The notes beneath the pieces were generated by a model. The model saw nothing but the letters and a program-made list of their open reading frames with translations. It did no database searches and was not told the DNA's origin. A stretch of DNA of 63,171 nt, filler included, from Hausera hauseri (Eukaryota): the NCBI GenBank assembly GCA_046269625.1. It is 11 parts of 11 records of this genome, joined end to end, with 100 filler letters (N's around TTAATTAATTAA, not from the genome) between each part and the next. Parts side by side here need not be neighbours in the genome. Positions count along the whole stretch, not along the records: positions 31,709 to 38,864 come from JBJURY010034447.1; positions 38,965 to 47,177 come from JBJURY010727656.1; positions 47,278 to 52,953 come from JBJURY010208522.1; 8 more parts are not named here. One strand, written 5' to 3'. The translations under genes were made by a program, and so were the position numbers. Positions 37,226 through 50,219 of the stretch are shown piece after piece; the stretch's first letter is position 1, and each line of letters starts with the position of its first letter.

Positions 37226-38690
37226 TAGAGTGCCACTTATTTGCATTGAAAAATTAAAATTAAAATTTTCTTAGGTCTTACTTTCATTATTTGTTCCATT
37301 TGATGAAAAAACATTAAATATGAAGTTTGAAAAGAAAATTTTAATATTTAGGGGTAGCTCAACGAAAAGTTGGTAAAATTATGAAATTCCGACAAAAATG
37401 AGTTGTGCAATTACGTCACAGCAATATAAATTATTCGACTGGCAGTAGACAAAAAGTTTGACTGGAAGTTCATTTATTAGATGCATATGTATGAGTGTAA
37501 CAGAAAAAACATTAGTCTTTCTTTTCAAGAGTATAAGACAGTCATTTTTTTACTATTAGGGTACATTCTACGATGTTCCTCTACATTTTGTAATAAGAAT
37601 TGTAGTTGCATTTTATCGTTAGTCATAAGTCCACTGTACTCGTAAATGAGTACCACTCCACGTTCAGCATAATCATTCATTACATTAAGAGCTTTAATTG
37701 TTTCGCTAGCTTCTTTATAGTCATCTTTTGCCTCCCACGATGCTGGATCAACAGAAAGATAACCTACCGGAAGTTCTAACATTTGGTACAGTGACATGTA
37801 CTTGGTTGTCACGTTTTTGTTTTCAAATAATTGAAGGTGAGTCGTTTTTTCCTTAAAGCAGCTTTGTTTGGCTTGTTTCTCCATCGCACTTATCATACAT
37901 TTTTTCGTAGATACACTTACACGACTGTCGAAAAAAGCCAAAGAAACTAGTTCCTCGGTTAGACACTATAGATGTTTTGAAAGTTTCTTTAGTGTTGCCT
38001 TTGAGATACTTGAATGAATAGTAGAATACTTGATAACGATTTTATAAGCAACAAATAATTGTATGGAGCATTTGACGCCTCGGATGCAGAGATCCAAGCT
38101 TTCATATATACACGAACAATGAAAATACCCTTTCTCTTCTTTGGGTGTAAGCTGAAACTGAGATTTGAACATCCTAGATGTTTAAACTATAAATAAATGT
38201 AGACATCCAGTGAGCATTGCGCATGGCTCCAGGTGACTTAAATCTCACTTCTTTGAGGGACAGTTCCAAGAAAAATAAGGATAAGTTCTACAAATGCCTT
38301 ATAATCTCCTCTCAGTTGACTGAGACTCTTCGAGTTACTTCTTTCCAAACTTAATGGTATCATCTTTAATTTCCTTTTCAAGTTGAGCATGTGTTAATTG
38401 AAGTTCCCGTTTCTTACAGGTTAGTGTCAATGAATTTCCAAAAATCTTTGAAACGTTTGAATAGTAGAACTTCAGAAGATGTGGCTCCCATGCACGCTTC
38501 AAACACTGATCAATTCCATCACATGGTACTTGCATGCTAAAGCCAAGAGTTTTTTTTCAAGCTTTTTCTCTAGCAGAACACATGCATGAAACTCCTTTTG
38601 CAGAAACTAGTACAGGCAGGCGATCCACTATATCTTTTCCATTAAGGTCAGGAATTAATTTGCTGTCTCAGTGAACAACGAGAAGCACGT
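37226..38690 (-). mobile_element. hAT-like transposon remnant D with 3' terminus
   Basis: VDRLP, AHWMS, LSKHL, LNVMNDYAERGV; candidate TIR TAGAGTGCC at 37226. Confidence 0.75.
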
Positions 38691-40699
38691 TTGGTTGGAA
38701 ATTAGCCTTTATACCAATTATTTTCTGAACTCTTTACTCCATCCTTTGCCGGTGGATTGACTCACAACCTTTTTCCGTTGTGTTATTTGTTGGCTGCGTG
38801 CGCATCCACACCGTCCACATCATCGCCCAGCCGGGGTAGGGTTTTAAAATACCCGCCCTCTGGTNNNNNNNNNNNNNNNNNNNNNNNNNNNNNNNNNNNN
38901 NNNNNNNNTTAATTAATTAANNNNNNNNNNNNNNNNNNNNNNNNNNNNNNNNNNNNNNNNNNNNAATGGTGTCAATCCCAAAATAAATGGCATAAATGGT
39001 AACCACTCGGAAACCAACCATAATTCGATATATATAATTGTCTGTCTTCTTGCGTCATTGTCGAACCCCTGATGGGTGTCATTGCCATACTGTTATATGT
39101 ACCATATGTTGTGAACCACGGCGGCTAAGTAATAAATAAACTAAAATATTCAACCCATTTGATCCAAACGAAGTAAAGGAAATCGACATACGAACATACA
39201 GAAAATACAATGGAATATTAAGATAATAGTTGCGGAGATGTTTATTTCAAACCGAATTAATATTCTAAGGATGTTACAGGAAATTATTAGAAAATACAAA
39301 ATTAATATTACAGAAATTATTATAAAATACAGAACTAATATATTTCGTGAAATTAAATATTTCAAGAAACAAAAAAATAAGTGAATGGAAAATAAATCCA
39401 GAATGTTCGTCTGGAATTCCTAGAATAAAATTGACACTAGTTGTCCTTAATTGACGGGGTCAATAATTTTAGAAATTGTATTAGGAATTTCCAAAAAGCT
39501 AGAATCATTAAACAGTCAATAGAGATATTATTAGGTGAAATTCCGGAAATTCCAGAATACACCGGTACAGTAGTATAAATATGCAATACGAACAGAAACA
39601 AAAAAACAAAATATAACTACATTAAAATGCAATTGGAAATCTAGCGAAGTTAGAATCGAATAGTAAAGGACGTAAATCACTTCGTAAGTGAAAGATCTTT
39701 GACATTTCATTTATAGTCCTTTGTACAAATTTAATATCAGAAATTCCTCCTACTCTAAATGGAAAAGATTCAATTCTGAATTACCTAGTATAATTACCGC
39801 AATATCTAAAGTCCTAAGAATTGTTACCAAATCTCAGGCGTCAATTCTCAAACATAATCTCTATATCTCCGATTGCCCGAACTAAAATGAATCAGCAGGA
39901 AAATGAATTTACATCGTCGGAAGGACATAATGGTAAAAATTCATTAAATTTAATTACTGATTATTTTCATGCTGCTAATGATTTGTATTTGATTTTATAT
40001 TGTGAATAAATCTTTACCAAAAAATTAAATTATGACTTTGTACTGATTAATGAAATGGAAAATTTATCATAACATTACTTGCCTAATTACTAATCTAGAT
40101 ATGGATTGATTACTAATCGTTTCGAATGAGGACTAATGAACTGACGACCGGGATATCGAGTAAATATCATTCAAAAGTTCATACACAAGTTGTTTATCAC
40201 GACTAGAAATAAATCAGCGTAGTTGTGTCAGTAATGAATGGGAATAAGTGGATCAACAGAAGAGACCAATCAGTAGGCTGCCAAAAATGAGAGGAAAAGT
40301 GAATTTCAGCAATCGACCTAATTATATTTCTATTACAGTTAATTTTACAAAGATTGAATCCTTCATCATTCGAAGAAAAGGAATGTCTTACTAAATAAGT
40401 TGATATCTCATGAACGAATAAAATTTAGATAATTAGACAGGAATGAATTGATCAGATAATAATTTTTCACTGATAAAGAGTGACTATATTTTCAATACTA
40501 CTATGATTTCGTTCTAAATATAATATTAATATAAAACATGAATGATTGATGTGGTGCCGCGAATTCGGGCAGAAGAACCGACTTTTTCAAGAAAAATCGT
40601 ACAACAATCTCTCAAAATTCCAATGTTCCATGACAATGTTTCTGATCAGTAAATGGAACAAAAACTATCAGGAACTGTGTAATTTAGATCGTTTCAAAA

Positions 40700-41650
40700 G
40701 AATAAAGAAAGATGAAAGTCGAAATCGATGCAGTTAAAAGTTATTACTAAGAGTTCTTGTTATTAAAAACGATCCAACAATTGGTTTCTTCACCTAAAAT
40801 CTCCCCAGTTTATTTTATCAGTACCACAGATGATGTTCCGTCAAAAGAAAAATATCAATCGAATACCGTATTGTACGAATGGATTTTCGTAACCTTTCAA
40901 CAGTTATTTTTTTAACGAACTTCCGTGAACAAATATTATTTTAGAAAGGCCTTGTATTCATTCATTCTTAAGAGATAAAAAATTCCTATAACTTGACGGT
41001 AATTGCTGAAGATCGAGGAATCCCGCCTCAAAGCAGTTCGTTAATCGAAATTATTATTATTATTTTATAATTAGATAAATATCGATTTCACTATTAAAAA
41101 TAATGCAGTTAATTTTTTTAGTGGAAGTTACGAATGAGCGCTTTTATAATTTGGAGCTTTCAGTGCAGACCATCAAGAAAATTGGTCAAGTGAAATTTAC
41201 AGATTTGCAAAACGATAATTGTAGTAAATGAACATGCAAATTACTTGGTCCCATCTTTGTGCATTGAGATTTCTTTTTAACGGGTTAAATTGAAGATATT
41301 TATTATGTTACAATAAATAAAGTACAGAACAAATGAAAAGAACGAATTTTACTTTAACACTGAATACCCCTCTTATTTTACTCTTTAATATTATAAATTT
41401 ATCGTCATTGCCAAATTGAGTTCAAGTGCTGTTGTTAAAATCCAAGTAGCCAATGTCAATAATGAAGTACCGCAGAATTACATGTATTTTACCGGCAGTA
41501 AAGTAATATCAAATATTAACAGTTTTGTCAGTAGCAACGTCTCAGAAAATATGTCACCAGAACAATTGGATTTTACCCATATTCACGTGGAGGACTCCGA
41601 TCAAGAAGATCGAAATTTCATCCATAGTTTCCTTAACAATAAAGAATAAT
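40700..41650 (+). pseudogene. Cadherin-repeat gene fragments
   Basis: SYNLTVIAEDRGIPPQSS (YxLxVxAxDxGxP), VKIQVANVNNEVP (degenerate DxNDNxP), IHVEDSD; fragmented by stops. Confidence 0.65.
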
Positions 41651-41988
41651 TTCGGCGTCGAGAAGTTTTGATAGAGAACAACAGCGAAAGATATTGATAT
41701 TGGTATAAATGTTGAACTTCAGTATCGAATTGTGAAGTTTTCATTATTATTATTAATGTGACAAATTTGGGTTTGAGTTGTCACTGTGTATGTAAATATG
41801 TAGGTAATGCTAATGACTGTATTAATGAGAATGTAAATATTTGGTTGTAATGAAAATATTGACTACAATTAAATATTGAATGGTTTTTGTAATTTAAAAA
41901 AAATATAAACGTTGGTAGTTATTCCATAGTTATTATCTCTAATTCTTTTATTTGGAATTTTTCATTTTCTCATTTTGAGTTATCTCAT

Positions 41989-43719
41989 TTGTTACTAACA
42001 ATGGTGTCAGACAATTATCCTGGAAGAATAAAAATGTACATATGTCTATATCTCTTGGATATTTTGATCATGATTAATATTTCCATTATGTCTATTTATT
42101 CCATTTCTCAAGAAATCGTCACACCGTATTTTTTGTTAACAATAATAGGCGGTCTCGTTAGTCCAGCTACTCGTACGCTAATACCAGATCAAATCCCAAA
42201 ATCAAACAAAGAAATGTTTAGTACGTATTTGCACATTATTTACTTTGTTAACAATTTAGGTGTAATAATGCATAATGATAATTATTGTTTTGGTATTGAA
42301 TGCTATCTATTGGTATTTTTTGCGTCGACAGCTCTTACGTTGCTTTCCTTCATTTTGTTTATCATTGTATTCTATTGTAGATGTTTTCTAGTCTACAAAC
42401 CCACCGAAAATTTGCTACTCGACATTTTCCGATTTACATCATATGCAATTCCCCAGCGAATCAAACTGGTAAAACAAGATGACAGCAAAACGTGGTTAGA
42501 CTATTCAAATGAAAAATTTGATCCACCATTTGTTAATGATGTAAAAATGATATCTTCAATTTGGACTTTACAGGCTCAGTATTTAAATAGAATGATTCCT
42601 GAGACGTATACAATAAAAGCCTACCAAATGCAAACACTAAATCCTATCTTAGTTGTTGTATTTATTCCAATTTTTGAACTAGTTGTTTATCCACTTTTAG
42701 GAAAAATTAAATTTGAAGTTCCTTATCGAATATCACTTGGCCAGTTTTTTACGGCAGTTACATGCACTTCGATGATTGTGATCCAGATAGAAATAGACGA
42801 ATCCATTGATACAAAAACAAGTAAAGTTCAATTGATTGTAGTTAACATTGGTAAAGAATTTGCGACTGTGACATATGGGTCATCAGAAATAATTTTGCAA
42901 AGAGCGACATTTGGTTTAGTTTCTATTGATAAACCGAATTATAACATAACAATTAAGTATGGCAATCATACAGATCAATATTCTTTAGAGAAGTACATCA
43001 GTTCGCATGTAACTGTTTTAATTGGGGATGACAATATAGATTTTTCTTTAGTTGACCGTCAAAATAATGGCGGATATGCAAATGTAAGAACCGTTGGTTC
43101 TTTTGAAAGTAATATGGAATATACAGTGACATTAAAAGGACATGTTGGCATAAATAACAATTTCAATTTCCCTACAATTAACCAGACGTTCGGAAAATAT
43201 GTCAAGTGTGGAATCGGAGCTTTTTCAATTATCGTTCAAGGTGAAAACGCAAAACAGTCTAGAAAAATTGGTAAAATCACTTTACTACCAGCTCAAACGT
43301 TAACATTAGTCATCGTTGGTAAAGACTTGTCTAGTATGTCTTTCATTGCCGTTGAGGAATCGCGTTTTTTCCTCCCAACAATTGCTTGGCAAATTTTACC
43401 GTACATTTTAGTCACAATTGGTGAAGTTCTCTTCAATGTGAATACTGGAATTTTTCTTTATGGAGAAGCCCCAATGAGCATGAAAAGTATGATGCTTGCA
43501 GGACAATATGTATGTATTGCTATTGGAAACTTATTAATTCTAATATTTAAACAAAGCCTACAAAACATAAGTGGTGTTTATCTCTTTCTTCTATGTGGCA
43601 TCTTGGTTGCACTAAGTGGAATTGCCACCGCCATGTTAACTTTTTTCTATTTGAAATCGAAAGCTAAATCTATCGAAATCGAAAATTCTTTAAATGATTC
43701 AAAGATGTCCGAATTTTAA
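41989..43719 (+). CDS. SLC15/PTR2 (PepT-like) oligopeptide transporter, divergent and probably degenerate
   Basis: DQI, CFGIECY, WLDY..F..DVK, WTLQA, QMQTLNPILVVVFIPIFE, large extracellular loop, WQILPYILVTIGEVLF..G..F.Y.EAP.SMKS..GN. The N-terminal ExxERF motif is absent. Confidence 0.8.
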   Translation: MLLTMVSDNYPGRIKMYICLYLLDILIMINISIMSIYSISQEIVTPYFLLTIIGGLVSPATRTLIPDQIPKSNKEMFSTYLHIIYFVNNLGVIMHNDNYCFGIECYLLVFFASTALTLLSFILFIIVFYCRCFLVYKPTENLLLDIFRFTSYAIPQRIKLVKQDDSKTWLDYSNEKFDPPFVNDVKMISSIWTLQAQYLNRMIPETYTIKAYQMQTLNPILVVVFIPIFELVVYPLLGKIKFEVPYRISLGQFFTAVTCTSMIVIQIEIDESIDTKTSKVQLIVVNIGKEFATVTYGSSEIILQRATFGLVSIDKPNYNITIKYGNHTDQYSLEKYISSHVTVLIGDDNIDFSLVDRQNNGGYANVRTVGSFESNMEYTVTLKGHVGINNNFNFPTINQTFGKYVKCGIGAFSIIVQGENAKQSRKIGKITLLPAQTLTLVIVGKDLSSMSFIAVEESRFFLPTIAWQILPYILVTIGEVLFNVNTGIFLYGEAPMSMKSMMLAGQYVCIAIGNLLILIFKQSLQNISGVYLFLLCGILVALSGIATAMLTFFYLKSKAKSIEIENSLNDSKMSEF

Positions 43720-44293
43720 TTTGATGACGCCTATTTTAGACATAATATTTATTTTTTCAAGTGTCTTCGTGGTACATAATGATATTATGTTTTATTATTT
43801 AATATAAATTTTTCGAAACTAAAATATGTGGGTATTTTTCTTAACTGAGAATTTATTTTGTTATTGCAATATAGGTATTCTCCCTTGAACAAATGTATCA
43901 GTAGTCACCAATTTTCTCGATTGTTACATTTCTGGTTTTTTGAAATTGATTTTGTTATTTTATACACTTTTGTCCTTATGAACTCAGGTTGTTTTGATAT
44001 AACGATTTTGTTCTAGTGATTGCATTCAAGGTATTTCGTTTTAATGAATTATTCTGTGTAATTTATATAATACGTCGTATTTTTACGTTAAATGGCCAAG
44101 TTTCAAAAAGGCTTTTGTCTTAATGATTTCTTATTTTTATTAAATCGATTAATTCACGTAGGTTTGTTCTTCATACTGAATATTGCTTTTGTACAAAGTA
44201 ATTTGTTTCAATTTGTACCGTTTAAATTCTTCATTGATTACTATGGCATGAATTAACTATACCTGTGGTTTCACTATAATTCCATTTATTTAA

Positions 44294-46719
44294 CCCTACA
44301 CCTACCGAAAAAAAATACTGACGTTAACTACAAACTGGGTCATTTTTGACCCATATTATTTATGAATCGAATAAATATGCTACCACGCAGTATAATTGTC
44401 AAAGTTATTCGTTTATTTGAAATACATTGAGAAAATGGCCGTTTATTACTTATTTTTGCCATTGACTTCTTCACAACGAATGTGAAGTTAAATTAACACA
44501 TCAACACGATTTTTTAATGGATAACTTGTAATAGATAATATTTCAGCTAATAGCAGATAATTCGTTGTATATATTTGCATGCACTTTTGTTGCTATTACA
44601 AATTTTACATTTTAACACTATTGCGATTTTATCATCAGTTGTGGTTTTTGGTTGTGATTTATCAATGTCTAACAGAAAGTCAACTCGCTATAGCGCACTG
44701 GAAGCTATGAAAATTATAATGGGGGCCAATCATTCAGATGACAGCGATGATCAATCGGGAAGTAGTACTTTTAGTTCTAGTGAAGAAGATCACATCCGTG
44801 CAGAATTAGATTCAGATTCAAATGACTCAGATAACAGCGAGGAAAATAATTTCAGTCAACATAGTACTTCAAATGAACCCGAGTGTGATCGGTATCAAGC
44901 AAAGGATAAGTTCAACTACTGGTATAAGAAACCACTCAATTTATTTGGTCGACGTCAAAATCAAAATGTGATGAATGTTCCTGGTAGACCAAAAAGATTT
45001 GCTTTTTCCATGGTTGATAGTATTGATTCTTCCTTTCAGCTGTTTTCAGGAGACCTATAAGAGATCTTATTCTGAAACATTGAAACAATGAAGGCGTCAC
45101 AAAATTTAATGATTTATGGGAGATGATTGCTGACGTTGAACTTCAATGTTTTATTGGGATACTGATCCTTGCAGGCGTTTACAAAGCCAAATCGGAACCC
45201 ATAAGTGGATTGTGGAGTGCTAACGATGGTCGCCCTGTTTTTAGTAAAACGATGTCAAAAAACAGATTTACCTAAATTCTTAGTGTTCTTCGATTCGATG
45301 ATGCAGTTAGAAGGCGTTGCGTTCCTCGTCAGCAGAGATAAACTCAGTCCTGTTTCCAAAATGTTTGACATGTGGGTGAAAACTCTACCAGATGCATTTT
45401 ATCCATACGATAATGTGACCGTTGATGAACAGTTGGTCAAGTTCAAAGGAAAATGCAGTTTCAGGCACTACATACCCTCAAAACCAGAGCGGTATGAAAT
45501 CAAAATATTTTTGCTGTGATTCCGCCACGTCATACGTATATAACGCTCAAATTTACAGTGGGAATAGAGACGACTAACCCGAACGAAATCAGGAGCAAAG
45601 AGTAGTTCTTGACCATGTTTCCGAATTAAAGACTACGGGTGGCAATGTTACAGATAACTGCTTTTGCTTTTTGTCGCTTTTACACCAATTGAAAGCCAAG
45701 CAGTTATCTCTCCTTGAAACAATAAGAAAACAACGCTCAAAACTTCCAGCAGATTTTATCAATCCTAAAGGACAACAGATAATTCAGCGACATATTCGGA
45801 TTTCGGTAAACTGCAATTATTGTATCTTATTGTCCAAAAAAAGAAAACCGGTCTGCCTAATTAGCCGTGAGCATTTTTCTGCAAATGTAAGTCAGGATGA
45901 ACAAAAGAAACCTAAGGTGATTCTAGATTATAACAAGACAAAGTCCAGGGTTGATTGTTGTAATCAGCTTGCCAGAACGTATTCCATCAAGCGGAAGACA
46001 AGATGGCCAATGGTCCTGTTCTATAATTTGATTGATTTATCAGCTATAAACAGTTACATTATTTGGTTGCTAATCAACCCTAATTACAAATCAGGACAAT
46101 CGTCAAAACGTCATCTTTGCCTGACTGAATTGGGAAATGCTATGATTCAGGCAAATGTGACACATCGACAGCCACCAATACAACAAATCACCTATCCACA
46201 AACACTTGTATCCAACAAACGAAGTCGATGTCATTAATGTAAAACTGACAACAAGGTATCTACAAAGTGCGATATCTGCAAGCAGTTTGTTTGCACTAGA
46301 ACTGAAAATAATCATGGAGTCAAGCTGGAATCTGTGAAATGTGTCCCGCTCATGACTTTCTTGTATAACACTTATGACTGGTACTTTATAACAATCTGTT
46401 ATTATTTTACATACATATTTGAATGTAAGGTGAATGTTATTTGTATCAATTATAGTGTTTGCATATGAAATTGCGATGTTTTCTTCAGTTACTCTACACA
46501 TACATTTTTTGGGTCAAATTTCACCCGAATGGGATTTGAAGTTACAAATCATCTATTAGCGATAAAAAACGGACAAAATCCCAATTGATTTAAATTTTAA
46601 TTATACATGGATACCTTAATAAAGTCACAAAATATAAACGCTCTCTGCCAGTGGCGTTTCACAAGTCACACAAAGAAACTTAGTTTGGGTCAAATTTCAT
46701 CCGGTTGTTAGGTAAAGGT
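44294..46719 (+). mobile_element. Full-length decayed piggyBac transposon (about 2.4 kb)
   Basis: TTAA at 44290-44293 and 46720-46723; imperfect TIRs CCCTACACCTACCG / TGTTAGGTAAAGGT; GGGTCA..ACCC subterminal palindromes at 44337, 46511 and 46687; transposase VTVDEQL..F.G.C..YIPSKP, TDN, DYNKTK..VD, RWPM, Cys-rich tail. Confidence 0.92.
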
Positions 46720-47277
46720 TTAAAAGACATGCCTCGTAATTAGAATATATTCTGCATATTCAAACTATTTACTGTATAAAATATACGAAATCTTATGCCG
46801 ATTAAAATAGGAAAATAACACATTTTGGGACTAAAGTGTTTGAACATTCCCCTCTGAAATTAACAGATTTGTCAAAATTGTCGTCATTTAACAAAAAATA
46901 TAATACCCAATCGTAAATATGTCATTGATATTATGTCGAACTAAAAAACATTCGGCCACTAATATATCTCGGTCACATGTAAAGTCGAAATACAAACATG
47001 AATAAAGAAACTATGGTAATTGACTATTAGGTAGAAATTTCTAGTTCGACAAAACGTCAACCACGCATTAAAAATCGAATATTTTCTGAAAATTAGAGGA
47101 AATTTGTTCAAAATTACGAACTCGTATAAATTTGAGTTAGAAATTAAACAAGAGCATCACTGTTTTTATACCCTCTGNNNNNNNNNNNNNNNNNNNNNNN
47201 NNNNNNNNNNNNNNNNNNNNNTTAATTAATTAANNNNNNNNNNNNNNNNNNNNNNNNNNNNNNNNNNNNNNNNNNNN

Positions 47278-50200
47278 AGCAACAATTTGCTGAGAGGTTA
47301 TATAAAAGTTTAAAATTATGTAGTGAAGGAAAGCTCGATGAAGCAATCGACTTAGGACAACCTGAAGAGGTATCACCCTAAACGTTGCTAAAATGAAAGA
47401 GCGAATTAGAATCATGGATTAAAAGTGGAGTCGAATTTTCGGAAGGATGGAGCAAAACGAAGATAGTGTTGATGTAAAAGTCGCTAAAGCCCAGACGCTA
47501 CTGTCTACCCTAGAAACAAATCCAAAACTGGAGAGTAGTCCGCAATTTAGAGCGTATGATGGATGAAATTCGCTGTGCAATGATTAATCGGCTTAAAGAA
47601 AAACCGGTTAACCACCGAAGTGACATTGATTTAGAGATGGGTATAGACCCAGCAGATATTCCTCCCTTAATGGAAATGAGAAAAATCGCCTTCGCTGTAC
47701 CCAAACAATATACGAACCTAGAGAATCGTATCAAAATGGAAAATAAAAAGCGAACACAAATCTGTAGTTTGTGAAATAGAATTGTTTCTAAATTACGAAG
47801 AAACCAAAAAAGCTTGTGTCGTACAATTTAATGAATATAAGGATGAGTTTAGTTATGTTGGCCGGATAATAAATTTAATAAAAGGTCCAGATGATGAATT
47901 AAAGGATGCGTATAAGATGCTAGACAAGGCTATATTAGCGAAGCCGATAATAGCTAACGAACTACGGGAATGGTCCGAATTAGTAGTGAAACTAAGTAAA
48001 CTAGTGGAAGACCGTAGGAAAGAATTTCCAGAAAGCAAGCCCCTATAAAGAAACAATTAGAAGAAAGTGTACGTAACTTAGATACAATACAAGCGGAAGT
48101 AGATATCCGGACTCAATTCGAAGCATTACGACAATTAAATTTTATGAAGAAGAAGCAGAAAGTGACGATATTGGAAGAGATATATAAAATGATCGAAGAA
48201 ACAAACTTCACAGAAAAGCGGAGTATGACTTGCAATTTTTATCGAAGATTAAGGAATGTTCGCCTAGAGGGAATCCAACATTTAATAGCTAAGTCTACTG
48301 AAGAAATTTCCATCCAGGATATCGGAACTGTAGATATTTGTCCAGAACATAAAACGGCTATAGAAGAAGCACTGAGATTCATACATAAACCACAAGAATG
48401 TATGGCCGGAACAGATGAGAACTGTCATACGGAGTTGACAAAAATAAGAAACGATCCTCATCTTAGTTTCGAAGAAGCTAAGTTTATAAAGAAATTGCTC
48501 GACGCGATAGATCCCGACTCAAAAACCGTTAATGAGATGTACGAGCTAGCTTTTCTTTTAGTAGATATAGCAGAAATTAGTGATGAGAAGATGAGACAAT
48601 TGATGACTTAAATACGGCAGGCCGAAGAAACGTGCATTAAAACCAAACAAGGAGCGACAAGGTTAAACGAATTAACCAAAGAACTCAAAATTTATGGAAA
48701 CAAATATGCTTCTACCGAGTCCGAAATCAAAAATAAGCGTGAATTTGTATAAAGATGGCAGAGATGTAATTATTGAACTAACTGATTATTACCAGAAGGG
48801 ACTCATCCATTCTAATGAATGAAGCAAACTATTGAAAATAATTCAGTATGCCTGTGTAAACAGAATAGGTTTCTGAACTACGCGGATGAAAGAAATACAG
48901 CCAAGATTGAAAGAAATCCGAGAAAACGTGTGCAGACTCAACATAACGTTGACAGACTATGGGCTTCCAGCCGTTGGTAATGAACCGGAATGAAACGCGT
49001 AATTAGATGCAATAACGGCCGAGAATTATGTGACTGTGATACAGCTAAATGAATTAGAAACGTGTCCGCAGAACAGGAGATTTAATGTGGAGATGCTCCT
49101 GGATCCAGCGCTAACTGAAAGGGATTTAATTGAACTAATTAATGTAAACATTGCTGAAAGTAAATTAAGATAACTCTTTCTAACTTTGACTAAATTATCT
49201 AGTGAGAGCACAATTTATAGCACGGCACCGAAACTTTTGATAAATATGTGCTAAAACCTTAAGGGCTAAACCTGAGGTGGCGATGAAAGTAAAAGTATCG
49301 TCAGAATGGATGGAGGAAAGGGAGTGTGGAGTAAGTACTTATTTATATGTGAAGGATCTAAGAGACGGGTTGATAAACAATTGTGGAACAAATGAGTTAA
49401 GTTATAGATTCTACTTCACAGGTAGGATACTGGATGACTTAGAACAATTAATAGACGTCAGGATTATACCCGATGAAACAAACCGTATAGTGGCCATAGT
49501 AGCCAACGAGCAGACTAAGGAAGAAACCACGCGTGAGGCTAAGATCGAGCAGTGCGTAGGACAAATTATTAGAGTCCGAAACGCTGAAATGTTTCGGGTA
49601 TTTGCAGACGGATGAGGATAGGGAACAATACGATAAGAATTTAGTGCCATTAAACGAAATAATAGCAACTGGCCCTAGACAGAAACGTCCGATCGGCAAA
49701 CCCAAGGAGGCACGAGAAGAGATCGAATATAATGGAGAATTGATTAGAGAACTGCGACAGATGTCCATTCCGACTTTCAGCGTAGAGAATGAGTTGATCG
49801 AATTAATGAAGAACTTAATAGCCATCGTAAATCATTCAGGCCTCCAAGGCGACACATTAGATGATAAGGGGAAAGCGATATTTGGCGTCTCTAGAACAAT
49901 GAGAAACTCCCGCTTCAAATTACCGAAAAGTAATTTGACCGATAAACAAGGTGATTGAAAAGATTATTGTGGAAAATACGACAGAAGAACTAAGAAAAGT
50001 GTTACCGTATTTAGCTATCAAGACAAACCCTAGTCGGGAAAATGGAATCAATAAAGCTGAGCTTTGCACGGAAGGCGGCTACAAAACTGCCCCAAGAAGT
50101 AAGTTGGTCAAAATTGTTCGATGAGGAAGATAAACAACTCAATAATAGTGACTGATGTGAAGATATGCTGCGGAATCTTACGACAACGGATAACAGTAAC
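47278..50200 (+). pseudogene. Long decayed coding region upstream of the glycoprotein (helical domains, ubiquitin-like domain, possible Gag capsid)
   Basis: Chain of + strand ORF pieces with consistent purine-rich bias; LRQMSIPTFS near 49750 only weakly Gag-like. Confidence 0.5.
49277..49505 (+). CDS. Ubiquitin-like domain within the retroelement polyprotein
   Basis: MKVKV..VKDLRDGL..YRFYFTGRILDDLEQLIDVRIIPDET..IV parallels ubiquitin (VKAKI..[26 protein letters not shown].HLV); no terminal GG. Confidence 0.6.
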
Positions 50201-50219
50201 CGAAGAAACGAATCGAACT

